A stretch of 64,000 nt of DNA from Gammaproteobacteria bacterium (GCA_963662545.2 CAXXLL010000003.1:1792001-1856000); one strand, 5' to 3'; positions 1 through 9,025 are shown, counted from the stretch's first letter. Numbers and translations: made by a program. Notes: generated by a model not told the origin, from the sequence alone.

Positions 1-166
1 GCGGCAGGCCCCACACGAGGCCGACCGCCTGGCTCCAGAACGCACTGAACGCTTCCATCGAGGCTCGCTGAAAAAGGGGACATTCTACTTTTAAGCGATC
101 GTGGCCCAAGGGGAGCCGCACCGGACCGCGGATCCTCTTCCGGTCCGTGCCTTGGCACCAGAACGC

Positions 167-229
167 TTGACGCCAGCGGTTTCAGAGTTGTACCGTATTA
201 AACAAAATTTCATGATATGAAACTTTTGT
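167..229 (+). promoter_or_regulatory. Putative sigma70 promoter with overlapping or adjacent palindromic operator upstream of the methylamine cluster
   Basis: TTGACG (167-172)-18 bp-TACCGT (191-196), or TTGTAC (188-193)-17 bp-CATGAT (211-216). Imperfect inverted repeat ACAAAATTTCAT-gat-ATGAAACTTTTGT at 202-229, in an AT-rich patch of otherwise GC-rich DNA. Confidence 0.45.
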
Positions 230-302
230 CTGGCCGTATCCGCGTTCGGAAAAGCGAATTCGACGCATCGGCCCGCGACCCGGCGCGAGGAGGGTCAAAC
301 AC

Positions 303-1649
303 ATGAGCTCCGAGATGAACAGCCCATACGTCATCATCGGTGCGGGCATCCACGGGCTTAGCACTGCCTACCACCTCGCCTTGTCACTCAAGGCCAGTGG
401 TCGCGGCAGCGGCGAGGACATCCTCGTCATCGATAAGTCCGGCATCGCCGCCGGCGCCTCCGGTATTGCCTGCGGCGTCATCCGCAACAACTATTTCCAA
501 CCCGCGATGCGCGAATTGATGGCGCATAGCGTCGCCGTTTGGGAAACCGATCCCGAAGGCTTCAGCTACCACCCGGTCGGGTACATGCAGATCGCTCCCG
601 AAAGCATGCGCGACGACGTCGGCACGATCGCCGAGCAACAGCGAGAGATTGGCTACGAATCCATCTTCATCGAGGGCGCTGCCGAATCCGCGAAGTACAT
701 GAAAGGTCTGTTCAACGATTGGCAGGCGCAGGGCATCACTTCGGTGCTTCACGAAAAGAAAGGCGGATACGCGAACAACAAGCCGAGCGTTTACAAGCTT
801 GCATCGAAAGCCGAGAGCGAGGGCGTTCGCATCCAGACCGGTGTCACGGTCACGGGGTTCTCGACCGTTAACGGCAGCGGTGACGCGATCCGCGGGGTCG
901 AGACCGATCGCGGTCCGATCGAGTGCGACTATGTGATCGTCGCGGTCGGACCCTGGATCAATCAGCTCTGGAAAATGCTCGACTTGCCCGCCGCGATCAC
1001 GATCAAGGGTGCCGACGGCAGCCTACGTGAAAACGTCGGCATGTGGATATTCTGGTCGCTGCAGGAAGGCACGCTCGGCGTCGATCCCAGTTACCAGCAA
1101 ACGAACGACGGCGCTATGGCGCCGGTGATCCACGTGGACAGCGATGCGCCGCTGCTGTCGGACGTCGACGGCTCGGTCATTACCGAACGGATGTGGGGTA
1201 TTTATTACAAGCCCGACATGAATTTCGGCGGCGTGCAGGGTGGTGCGGCGCCCGACAAGGTCGATACGCCGCCGGACGAAGTCAAGATCGACCCTTATGG
1301 TCCGGAATCGCCGGACTATGTGATGGGCGACGCGTTCGCGCACCGGTGGTGTTCGGCGCTGGCGCATTGTCAGAAGCGTTTCGAGGGCAAGATCTCGATT
1401 TACAAAGACGAACCGTCAGGGGGCATCGGCTGCTTCACGCCCGACAGCTTTCCGGTGTTCGACGTGTTTCACGACAACTGCTACGTCATCGCCGATTCCA
1501 ACCACGGCTACAAGATGATCGGTGTGGGCCAACTGGTCGCGCAGGAGATCCTGGGAGAGACCTCGCGCCTGTTGGAGCCGTTCAGATTCTCACGATACAT
1601 TGAAGGCCGTCTCCATCCGGTATCGCACAGCCCGTTTCCGTGGAGTTGA
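303..1649 (+). CDS. FAD-dependent oxidoreductase, DAO / sarcosine oxidase beta-like family
   Basis: GxGxxG dinucleotide fold (VIIGAGIHG), GASGIACG, C-terminal FTPDSFP and HGYKM motifs. First gene of the cluster. Confidence 0.85.
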   Translation: MSSEMNSPYVIIGAGIHGLSTAYHLALSLKASGRGSGEDILVIDKSGIAAGASGIACGVIRNNYFQPAMRELMAHSVAVWETDPEGFSYHPVGYMQIAPESMRDDVGTIAEQQREIGYESIFIEGAAESAKYMKGLFNDWQAQGITSVLHEKKGGYANNKPSVYKLASKAESEGVRIQTGVTVTGFSTVNGSGDAIRGVETDRGPIECDYVIVAVGPWINQLWKMLDLPAAITIKGADGSLRENVGMWIFWSLQEGTLGVDPSYQQTNDGAMAPVIHVDSDAPLLSDVDGSVITERMWGIYYKPDMNFGGVQGGAAPDKVDTPPDEVKIDPYGPESPDYVMGDAFAHRWCSALAHCQKRFEGKISIYKDEPSGGIGCFTPDSFPVFDVFHDNCYVIADSNHGYKMIGVGQLVAQEILGETSRLLEPFRFSRYIEGRLHPVSHSPFPWS

Positions 1650-1728
1650 AGCAGGTGCAAAACGGACGGATGGTATGAGACGCAACGAATAGCGACAACT
1701 CTGCAAAGAAAATACTGGAAAGCAGCGA

Positions 1729-3204
1729 ATGGCAACGGCAACCGATCTCGAAAAATATGTCCAAAAACCGGGCCGCAACGAACTGGTCGAGCAGGTCCGC
1801 GAGAAGATCGATGAACTTGGCATCCGCTATATCTATTACCAGTTCATTTCGGTCACGGGACGCATCGTCGGCAAGGGCATTCCAGCGGATCACTGGGAAC
1901 GCACCGCCGAGCGGGGATTCCAGCTCGTATACGGTTCGACCGCGAACCTGTACGTCGATCGGCATGGCGAGTACATCGGCTACGGACCGGAAGCGATGGA
2001 GCTCGTCGGCATCCCGGATCCCGAGACCTTCTGTCAGCTGCCGTGGGACAAGCGCGTTGCCCGTGTGTTCTGCGTATGTTTTCGCAACCGCGAGGAGCGC
2101 GAAAATGCGGGTGCACATTTGACGTCCGATTGCCGCGGCAACCTCAAACGATTCCACGCCGAGTTTAAGGCTAAATACGGCCTCGATTTCCGCGTAGGTA
2201 TGGAGCCGGAGATGATGTGGCTCAAGCGCGGCGAAGACGGCATGCCCGACGGTGGTTTTTCGAAGCCCAATTGCTATCACATCGACCAGTTCGAATCGCT
2301 GCGACCGGTCTTCATGCGGGTCATCGAATACTGTACCGCGATGGGGCTCGACATGATCCAGGGCGATCACGAAGACGCACCCGGGCAGCTCGAACTCAAC
2401 TGGATGTTCGACGATGTCGTGCGCAGCGCCGACCGCCTTTCGACCTACCGTCAGATCTGTGCCCAGGTTGCGCGCGAGAACAACCTCATCGCGTGTTTCA
2501 TGACCAAGCCGTTCATGGGCGTGTCGGCCTCCGGCTGTCACACCAACATTTCGTTATGGCGTGGTGGCGAGGAGCGGGTCAATACGTTGCATAACGACCC
2601 ATTGCCAGGCATGGAAGAGGTTTTCACCTATCTCGAAGGCGGCGAGAACACCTTTATGCCCGACACTGACGATCCGCAATTGCCCGGCAAGATCGGGCTG
2701 CAGACCGTGGGCGGCATCGTCAAGCACCTGGGCGCGCTGACTGCGATCGGTTGTTCGACGGTGAATTCCTACCGTCGCCTGTGGGATACGGGCTACTGGG
2801 CGCCGGTGTTCGCCGATTGGGGCTTCCAAAACCGCACGACCGGCTTGCGCATCTCGGCACCGGGCCGTTTCGAATACCGCGCAGTCGATTCGATGGTCAA
2901 CCCGTACCTCATTTGTAGCGCCCTGTTAAAGGTCTTCGAAGACGGAATCGACAACGACATCGATCCGGGCGAGCCTGAAAACCGCAACATCTATCAGGCG
3001 ATGGAGGCCGGAAAACAGGTGAAACGCCTGCCCATGTCGTTGGGAGACGCCTTGCAGCGGCTCGATGAAGACGAAGTTATCAAGGCGTCCATGCCGGACG
3101 AAATGTACAAGGTCTTCAAGTGGTACAAGAACGACGAGTGGGAGAAGTTCATGGCCACCGTGACCGAATGGGATCTCGAAACTTATATCGATTGTCTACC
3201 GTAA
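1729..3204 (+). CDS. Glutamine synthetase-like gamma-glutamylamide ligase (atypical; probably not a true GlnA)
   Basis: GS catalytic motifs EPEM, HEDAPGQLELN, FMTKP, SGCH, NRT and RFEYR are present. The ammonia-site motifs are altered: FDGSS becomes VYGST and YEAP becomes YWAP. Confidence 0.85.
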   Translation: MATATDLEKYVQKPGRNELVEQVREKIDELGIRYIYYQFISVTGRIVGKGIPADHWERTAERGFQLVYGSTANLYVDRHGEYIGYGPEAMELVGIPDPETFCQLPWDKRVARVFCVCFRNREERENAGAHLTSDCRGNLKRFHAEFKAKYGLDFRVGMEPEMMWLKRGEDGMPDGGFSKPNCYHIDQFESLRPVFMRVIEYCTAMGLDMIQGDHEDAPGQLELNWMFDDVVRSADRLSTYRQICAQVARENNLIACFMTKPFMGVSASGCHTNISLWRGGEERVNTLHNDPLPGMEEVFTYLEGGENTFMPDTDDPQLPGKIGLQTVGGIVKHLGALTAIGCSTVNSYRRLWDTGYWAPVFADWGFQNRTTGLRISAPGRFEYRAVDSMVNPYLICSALLKVFEDGIDNDIDPGEPENRNIYQAMEAGKQVKRLPMSLGDALQRLDEDEVIKASMPDEMYKVFKWYKNDEWEKFMATVTEWDLETYIDCLP

Positions 3205-3217
3205 AGAGGGTTTGGAT

Positions 3218-4156
3218 ATGTGTGGAATCGCGGGCCTAATTCATCGCGGGAACGCAGACAACATCGGTCAGGAGATGACCGCGATGCTCCAGGCGATGAG
3301 ACATCGCGGGCCGGATTCGACCGGCTTTGCGCTCTACAGCGAGCCGCGCACCGAGAATAAGTTCGTGATGCGCTTCAAGGTCGCCGAGGCCGCCGAAGCG
3401 CAAAGCGGCTTTGCCATCGCCCAACAGATGGAGGCGCGTCAGACCGAGGTCGACAAGCGCCTCGAAGAACTGGGAGCGACGATTGACAAGCGGGATTCGA
3501 TCGATGAATACGCCTTTCGCTACGAGATCACCTTCGCGGGCGATCTGCGCCGCCTGACGAGCTACATCGAAGACATCGAGGCGGTGGAGATCCTGTCACT
3601 GGGCCACGCGCTCGAACTGATCAAGGACCTTGGCGAAGCCACGGCTGTCTCTGAGCAGTATTCACTGGGCGAGTTCACAGGCACCCACGCCATCGGACAC
3701 ACACGCATGGCGACCGAATCCGATGTCGACATCCGCTCGGCACATCCGTACTGGGGCTATCCACTTTCCGACATCGCGATCGTCCATAACGGACAGTTGA
3801 CCAATTACTGGACGAAGCGCCGTGATCTCGAACGCCGCGGAAACCGCTTCATTTCGGACTGCGACTCCGAACTCATCGGTGTGTATATCGCCAACGCCAT
3901 CGAAAACGGTGATGACCTCGAATCGGCCATGCGCCGTTCGATCGACGAGTTCGACGGTGTCTTCACCTACCTGATCGCGACCGGCGATCAACTCGGAATG
4001 GCGAAGGACACCATGGCGGCCAAGCCAATGGTGCTCTATGAAAGTGACGACTTCGTCGTCCTCGCATCGGAGGAAGTCGCAATCCGCAGTATTTTCCCCC
4101 ACGAGATCGATACTTTCGATCCCTACGAAGGTGAGGTTCGCGTATGGCAAACCTAG
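3218..4156 (+). CDS. mgsA: N-methylglutamate synthase subunit A (class II glutamine amidotransferase, GlxB-like)
   Basis: N-terminal MCGIAG nucleophile, RHRGPDSTG, GHTRMAT, AHP, VHNG, CDSE. Followed by GXGXG and FMN-binding subunits. Confidence 0.85.
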   Translation: MCGIAGLIHRGNADNIGQEMTAMLQAMRHRGPDSTGFALYSEPRTENKFVMRFKVAEAAEAQSGFAIAQQMEARQTEVDKRLEELGATIDKRDSIDEYAFRYEITFAGDLRRLTSYIEDIEAVEILSLGHALELIKDLGEATAVSEQYSLGEFTGTHAIGHTRMATESDVDIRSAHPYWGYPLSDIAIVHNGQLTNYWTKRRDLERRGNRFISDCDSELIGVYIANAIENGDDLESAMRRSIDEFDGVFTYLIATGDQLGMAKDTMAAKPMVLYESDDFVVLASEEVAIRSIFPHEIDTFDPYEGEVRVWQT

Positions 4157-4986
4157 AAGAACACGGATCGCGTGACATGGGAATCCACACCGAGCAACTC
4201 AAGGGCCGCACGCAGCAGAGGTTTTTCTCAGTACAGGAAGGCGAAAATCTGACGCAGCCCTTCACCTACGAGGTCGATTTTGGGAAAGAAGCGGAATTCG
4301 ACTCGAAGGACATGAGCACGCGTAAGATCAATCAAAAAATTCGCGAACTCATGAAGGCAGGTCACGGCACGATCCGCATTCTCAATCCGGGCGCCAAACA
4401 CAGCATCGCGGTCGGCCTATTGAACCGCTTGAATCTCCACCTCGAAGGGAGCTTGGGCTATTTCGGACTCGGACTGCTCGATGGCCCCAACGTGCACGTC
4501 GCGGGCCGCGTGGGATGGTCCTGCGCCGAGAACATGATGTCGGGGACCGTCTTGATCGAAAAGAACGCGGGCTCGACCTTCGGCGCGGCGATCCGCGGCG
4601 GCGATCTGGTGTGCAAAGGTAGCGTCGGTGCACGTACCGGCATCGATCAAAAAGGCGGCACCATCATCGTCGGCGGCGACACGGGTTCGTTCAGCGGATT
4701 CATGATGCAGCGCGGCCGCATGGTGGTCCTCGGCAACGCGGGACAGTACCTGGGCGACTCCATGTATGACGGCACGATTTATGTCGGCGGCAGCATCAAG
4801 AGCCTGGGCGTGGATGCGGTCGAAACGGAAATGAGCGATCTCGACATCGCCTGGCTGGATCGCAAACTCGGGTTATACGGTCTCGTTACACCCAATGGGA
4901 CCCGCCGGATGACGAAGATTGGCGCGGGCAAGAAGCTCTGGAATTACGACAATCTGGAACCCACCGAAAAGAAACTTGTACTGTAA
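4144..4986 (+). CDS. mgsB: N-methylglutamate synthase subunit B (GXGXG / FwdC-like beta-helix, GlxC-like)
   Basis: Repeated Gly-rich beta-helix motifs (AENMMSG, GARTGIDQKGG, GFMMQRG, LGDSMYDG). Overlaps the 3' end of mgsA. Confidence 0.85.
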   Translation: MANLEEHGSRDMGIHTEQLKGRTQQRFFSVQEGENLTQPFTYEVDFGKEAEFDSKDMSTRKINQKIRELMKAGHGTIRILNPGAKHSIAVGLLNRLNLHLEGSLGYFGLGLLDGPNVHVAGRVGWSCAENMMSGTVLIEKNAGSTFGAAIRGGDLVCKGSVGARTGIDQKGGTIIVGGDTGSFSGFMMQRGRMVVLGNAGQYLGDSMYDGTIYVGGSIKSLGVDAVETEMSDLDIAWLDRKLGLYGLVTPNGTRRMTKIGAGKKLWNYDNLEPTEKKLVL

Positions 4987-5005
4987 GGAATTCGAGGAAC
5001 CGCCG

Positions 5006-6346
5006 ATGGTCAGGTCAGACGACGAAAAATACTTGTTGGGCACAAGCCCAATCTTCACGCCCGAGGTCATCAACGATATTCATGTGAAGTCGGAACTCGG
5101 CCGTTACCGTATGCGCGGCTTCTCGATGTTCAAGAAGGTCCCGGGCTGGGACGAGCTGACGTTTCTCCCGGGCACGCTGACGCGTTTCGTGATCGAGGGG
5201 TATCGCGAAAAGTGCGAAACGAAAACCGTCATCGGACCGCGCGCCGAACGCCCGCTGGTGCTCGACATTCCGATTTACATCACCGGAATGAGTTTCGGCG
5301 CCCTGTCCTACGAGGCGAAAACGGCGCTCGCCCGCGGCGCGACGATGGCAGGTACGGCCACCTGCTCGGGCGAGGGCGGCATGATGCCGGACGAACGGCG
5401 CTATTCGGATAAGTGGTTCTATCAATGCATCCAGTCGCGCTATGGCTTCAACCCGCAACACCTGCGGCTCGCGGACGCTGTCGAGTTCTTCATCGGACAA
5501 GGCTGTAAGGTTGGCCTGGGCGGCCACTTGATGGGGCAGAAAGTCACCGACCAGGTCGCCGAGATGCGATCCTTGCCCGCGGGGATCGATCAGCGCTCGC
5601 CCGCCCGGCATCCGGACTGGCTCGGACCCGATGATCTCACCCTGAAGATCGAAGAGGTCCGCGAGGCCACCAATTGGGAGATCCCGATACAACTCAAGCT
5701 CGGCGCCGCGCGCGTCTACGACGACGTGCGGATGGCGGCCAAGACCGGTCCCGATTCGATCTACATCGACGGTATGGAAGGCGGCACCGGTGCCGGTCCA
5801 CACCTTGCGGCCGAGGAGACCGGGGTGCCCGGGATCGCTGCGATCCGCCAGGCCCGGAAAGCACTGGACGATGTCGACAAGAGCGGTGACATCACCCTGG
5901 TCTACGCCGGCGGGATCCGCAACGGCGCTGACGTGGCCAAGGCGCTGGCGCTCGGCGCCGACGCTGTCGCCATCGGCCACTCGGCGTTGATGGCGCTCAA
6001 CTGCAACAAGGACATTCCGGAAGCAGATTACGAGAAAGAGATAGGCGTCAAGGCCGGGTCTTGCTACCACTGCCATACCGGCCGCTGCCCGGTCGGCGTC
6101 ACGACGCAAGATCCGGTTTTGCGTAAACGCCTGGATCCCGACGCCGCGGCCGAGCGCGTATTCAATTTCCTCCATTGCCTCACGATCGAGTGCCAGATGA
6201 TGGCGCGTGCCTGCGGCAAGACCAACGTGCATTCGCTGGAGCCCGAGGATCTCGCGGCGCTCACCATGGAGGCATCGGCGATGGCGCAAGTACCTCTGGC
6301 GGGATCTCAGTATACCGTCGGGCGGCCGGACATGACGCGGTATTAA
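5006..6346 (+). CDS. mgsC: N-methylglutamate synthase subunit C (FMN-binding glutamate synthase family, GlxD-like)
   Basis: GMSFGALS, SGEGG, GQGCKVGLGGHL, DGMEGGTGA, GGIRNGADVAKALALGADA and the 3Fe-4S motif CYHCHTGRCPVG. Start placed at the ATG at 5006 after GAGG. Confidence 0.9.
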   Translation: MVRSDDEKYLLGTSPIFTPEVINDIHVKSELGRYRMRGFSMFKKVPGWDELTFLPGTLTRFVIEGYREKCETKTVIGPRAERPLVLDIPIYITGMSFGALSYEAKTALARGATMAGTATCSGEGGMMPDERRYSDKWFYQCIQSRYGFNPQHLRLADAVEFFIGQGCKVGLGGHLMGQKVTDQVAEMRSLPAGIDQRSPARHPDWLGPDDLTLKIEEVREATNWEIPIQLKLGAARVYDDVRMAAKTGPDSIYIDGMEGGTGAGPHLAAEETGVPGIAAIRQARKALDDVDKSGDITLVYAGGIRNGADVAKALALGADAVAIGHSALMALNCNKDIPEADYEKEIGVKAGSCYHCHTGRCPVGVTTQDPVLRKRLDPDAAAERVFNFLHCLTIECQMMARACGKTNVHSLEPEDLAALTMEASAMAQVPLAGSQYTVGRPDMTRY

Positions 6347-6362
6347 ACGGGAGAATGAAATC

Positions 6363-6755
6363 ATGACGGGCAACAAAGACATCGATCATTACCTCAAGTC
6401 CGATGGCGTCGACAGCGATCGCGAGAAGATGATCGGCCAGACCATCGGCTACCGCTACGACGTCAATCTGCTGCCGGATTACGATCGCGTGAGCCCGTTT
6501 CTCATATCCTATATCGAGACCATGGGCTGGCAGGATCTCAACTGGCTCGAAGACGTGCACATGGGCTACGAAGAAAGCCGCGCCGCCGTTTTTGATCGGA
6601 ACATCAACGGTTGGGTCACCGTGCCCGAGGACATGGAACTACCGGACAACCAGCAGGACCGCGACATGATCGCGCGCGAACTCCTGGTCAAATTTCAGAT
6701 GTCGCCCGAGCACCCGCTGGTCGATCTCCGTAAGGCCTATCAGAAATTCGAGTGA
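6363..6755 (+). CDS. Small acidic hypothetical protein, operonic with mgsABC
   Basis: 130-aa ORF with host-like codon usage, 16 bp after the mgsC stop, GGAG upstream. No recognisable motif. Confidence 0.7.
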   Translation: MTGNKDIDHYLKSDGVDSDREKMIGQTIGYRYDVNLLPDYDRVSPFLISYIETMGWQDLNWLEDVHMGYEESRAAVFDRNINGWVTVPEDMELPDNQQDRDMIARELLVKFQMSPEHPLVDLRKAYQKFE

Positions 6756-6787
6756 TCGACGCTCGATCAAACGAAGTAGCGTGAAGC

Positions 6788-7501
6788 ATGGATCTCGACA
6801 CCATCGAACTGGGCCTCGCCCCGCAGGTCGCCGCCGCGGGTGTGCAGGTCGCCTATCTACTCGTCGGCGGGCTCGACAACCGCGCCGGTGACAATGCCTT
6901 CGCCGATGAATTTCGAAATCTGCAGGAAGCCATCGTACGCGAGCATAGCTTGGCCACCGTGCGCGGTGATCCGCGAATCGCCGGCTATCGCCGCCTGCAC
7001 GAAACATTCGGCGTCGAGGACGCCGCAATGACGGCCTCGCCGGAGAGCAATTTCAGGGTCTTGTTCGAACACAATGCGCTACGACCGATCAATTTGATCG
7101 TCGATATCTATAATTTCGTATCGTTAAAATACCGGATTTCCGCCGGTGCCCACGATCTGGAAAAAATCCCGGGCGCGGTCGAACTCAAGATCACCCGGGG
7201 CGACGAGCGCTTCGTGCCGCTTGGACGCTCCAAGCCCGAGGCGATTCCGGCCGGCGAGTACGCCTACGTGGATGGCGACGGCGAGGTGCTTTGCCGGCTG
7301 GAGTGCCGGCAGTCGGAGAAAACGAAGATCGAGCCGACCACGCGAAACGCATTGTTCATCTTGCAGGGGCATGCCGAGATCTCCGTGGCCGCGATGACGC
7401 AGGCACTCGACGAACTCAAAGTCTTACTGGGCGCGCATTGCGGTCCATACGTGACAGAGCGTCTCGTTATCCTGCCGCTGGACGAGGCGCGCACGGGTTA
7501 G
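6788..7501 (+). CDS. Free-standing B3/B4 domain protein (PheRS beta editing-domain-like)
   Basis: Family motifs YRRLHETFG, RPINLIVDIYNFVSLKY..GAHDL, GDERFVPLG, GEYAYVD, CRQSEKTKI. No synthetase domains. Confidence 0.85.
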   Translation: MDLDTIELGLAPQVAAAGVQVAYLLVGGLDNRAGDNAFADEFRNLQEAIVREHSLATVRGDPRIAGYRRLHETFGVEDAAMTASPESNFRVLFEHNALRPINLIVDIYNFVSLKYRISAGAHDLEKIPGAVELKITRGDERFVPLGRSKPEAIPAGEYAYVDGDGEVLCRLECRQSEKTKIEPTTRNALFILQGHAEISVAAMTQALDELKVLLGAHCGPYVTERLVILPLDEARTG

Positions 7502-7510
7502 GAAAAGAAA

Positions 7511-8749
7511 ATGTTGCGGCTCTTGAAATACGGCTTCATCGAGGATTACGCCGAAGCGCGCTATTTCAATACGCCAGATCACTTGAACGAGACCTACGAC
7601 GCCGTGATCATCGGCGCCGGCGGTCACGGACTCGCCTGCGCCTATTACCTCGCAAAGGACCATGGCATCACGAACGTGGCGGTGATCGAAAAGGACTATA
7701 TCGGCGGCGGCAACACTGGCCGTAACACCACCATCGTGCGGTCCAATTACCTAACCGAGCAAGGCGTCAAGTTCTATCACGCCAGTGTCGAGATGTTCAA
7801 GACGCTGTCCGAAGAACTCGATTTCAACATTTTCTATTCGGAGCGCGGTCACTATACGCTCGCGCACAACGACTCCACCCTGCGCACCGCACGCTGGCGT
7901 GCCGAGGTTAACAAGCATTTCGGCATCGACAGCAAAATAGTCGGACCGGAGGAGATTGCGCAGGCTTGTCCCGAACTCGACCTTTCCTGCGGCGGCAACC
8001 ATGAAATCGTCGGCGCGCTTTACCATGCGCCGGGCGCGGTCGCACGGCATGACGCGGTCGCCTGGGGATACGCGCGTCGCGCTTCGCAGTCTGGCGTCGC
8101 AATATTTCAGAATACGGAAGCCCTGGCCATCGAGGTCGGCGACGGCGGCGTGGATGCCCTCGTCACCGATCGGGGGCGCATCAAGACGCGCAAGGTGCTT
8201 TCGGCAGTCGCCGGATACACGCCGCGCGTGCTCGACATGGTCGATCTCACGAGCCCGATCGAGATCTTTCCGCTGCAGGCTTGTGTGACGGAGCCGATCA
8301 AGCCCTGGCTCGACACCATCATCGTCTCCGGCAGCTTGCATTTATACGTGAGTCAGAGTTCGCGCGGGGAGATAGTCATGGGCGGCGCGATCGATCCGAT
8401 CGAGGTTCATTCGCAACGCTCGACCTTCGAGTTTGTCAGCGATCTATGCGACCAGATGCTGGACCTGTTTCCATTTCTGGCCGGGATCAAGATCAACCGC
8501 CAGTGGGCGGGCATGGCGGACATGACCCCGGACTTCGCTCCGATCATGGGCACGACCCCCGTGGAGGGTTTCTATCTGGATGCCGGTTGGGGTACCTGGG
8601 GTTTCAAGGCGACACCAATCTGCGGCAGGACGATGGCCGACACCATGGCCCATGATCGCGATCACGATTTGATCACTGGATTTAATCTGTCCCGCTTCGA
8701 CAACTACGAACTCGTCGGCGAAAAAGGCGCCGCGGCGGTCGGGCATTGA
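7511..8749 (+). CDS. mgdA: N-methylglutamate dehydrogenase subunit A (sarcosine oxidase beta family)
   Basis: IIGAGGHGLACAYYLAK, GGGNTGRNTTIVRSNY, ARHDAVAWGYA, GWGTWGFKATP, C-terminal EKGAAAVGH. Context with mgs and gmaS. Confidence 0.85.
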   Translation: MLRLLKYGFIEDYAEARYFNTPDHLNETYDAVIIGAGGHGLACAYYLAKDHGITNVAVIEKDYIGGGNTGRNTTIVRSNYLTEQGVKFYHASVEMFKTLSEELDFNIFYSERGHYTLAHNDSTLRTARWRAEVNKHFGIDSKIVGPEEIAQACPELDLSCGGNHEIVGALYHAPGAVARHDAVAWGYARRASQSGVAIFQNTEALAIEVGDGGVDALVTDRGRIKTRKVLSAVAGYTPRVLDMVDLTSPIEIFPLQACVTEPIKPWLDTIIVSGSLHLYVSQSSRGEIVMGGAIDPIEVHSQRSTFEFVSDLCDQMLDLFPFLAGIKINRQWAGMADMTPDFAPIMGTTPVEGFYLDAGWGTWGFKATPICGRTMADTMAHDRDHDLITGFNLSRFDNYELVGEKGAAAVGH

Positions 8750-8770
8750 ACGCATCCCCAGTCACCTAGC

Positions 8771-9025
8771 ATGAAATTCATCGAATGCCCCGTGATCGGA
8801 ACGCGGCCCCATACCGAGTTCGCGATCAGCGGCGTGCTCGAAGCGGAGCCCGCGGAGATCAAAACCATGTCGGCCGCGGTGTGGACCTTCAACCGCCGCA
8901 GCATCCCCGGTGAACGGATCGAATGCTGGTATCACACGCCGACGCAATTGTGGTTCAACGTGACGCGCCACACCGGCACCGACGTGATCAGCCGGGTGGA
9001 TCTGATGTGGCGGCCCGATGATTAG
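8771..9025 (+). CDS. mgdB: N-methylglutamate dehydrogenase subunit B (sarcosine oxidase delta family)
   Basis: CPVIGTRPHTEF and ECWYH...WFNVTRHT motifs. Lies between the beta and alpha subunit genes. Confidence 0.8.
   Translation: MKFIECPVIGTRPHTEFAISGVLEAEPAEIKTMSAAVWTFNRRSIPGERIECWYHTPTQLWFNVTRHTGTDVISRVDLMWRPDD

Noticed and set aside
152-168. Sigma54-like TGGCAC...GC upstream of the methylamine cluster
   Set aside because: GG (154-155) and GC (165-166) are separated by 9 nt, not the required 10.
1729-3204. Calling this gene glnA
   Set aside because: It lacks the FDGSS and YEAP ammonia-site motifs, and the context is amine catabolism.
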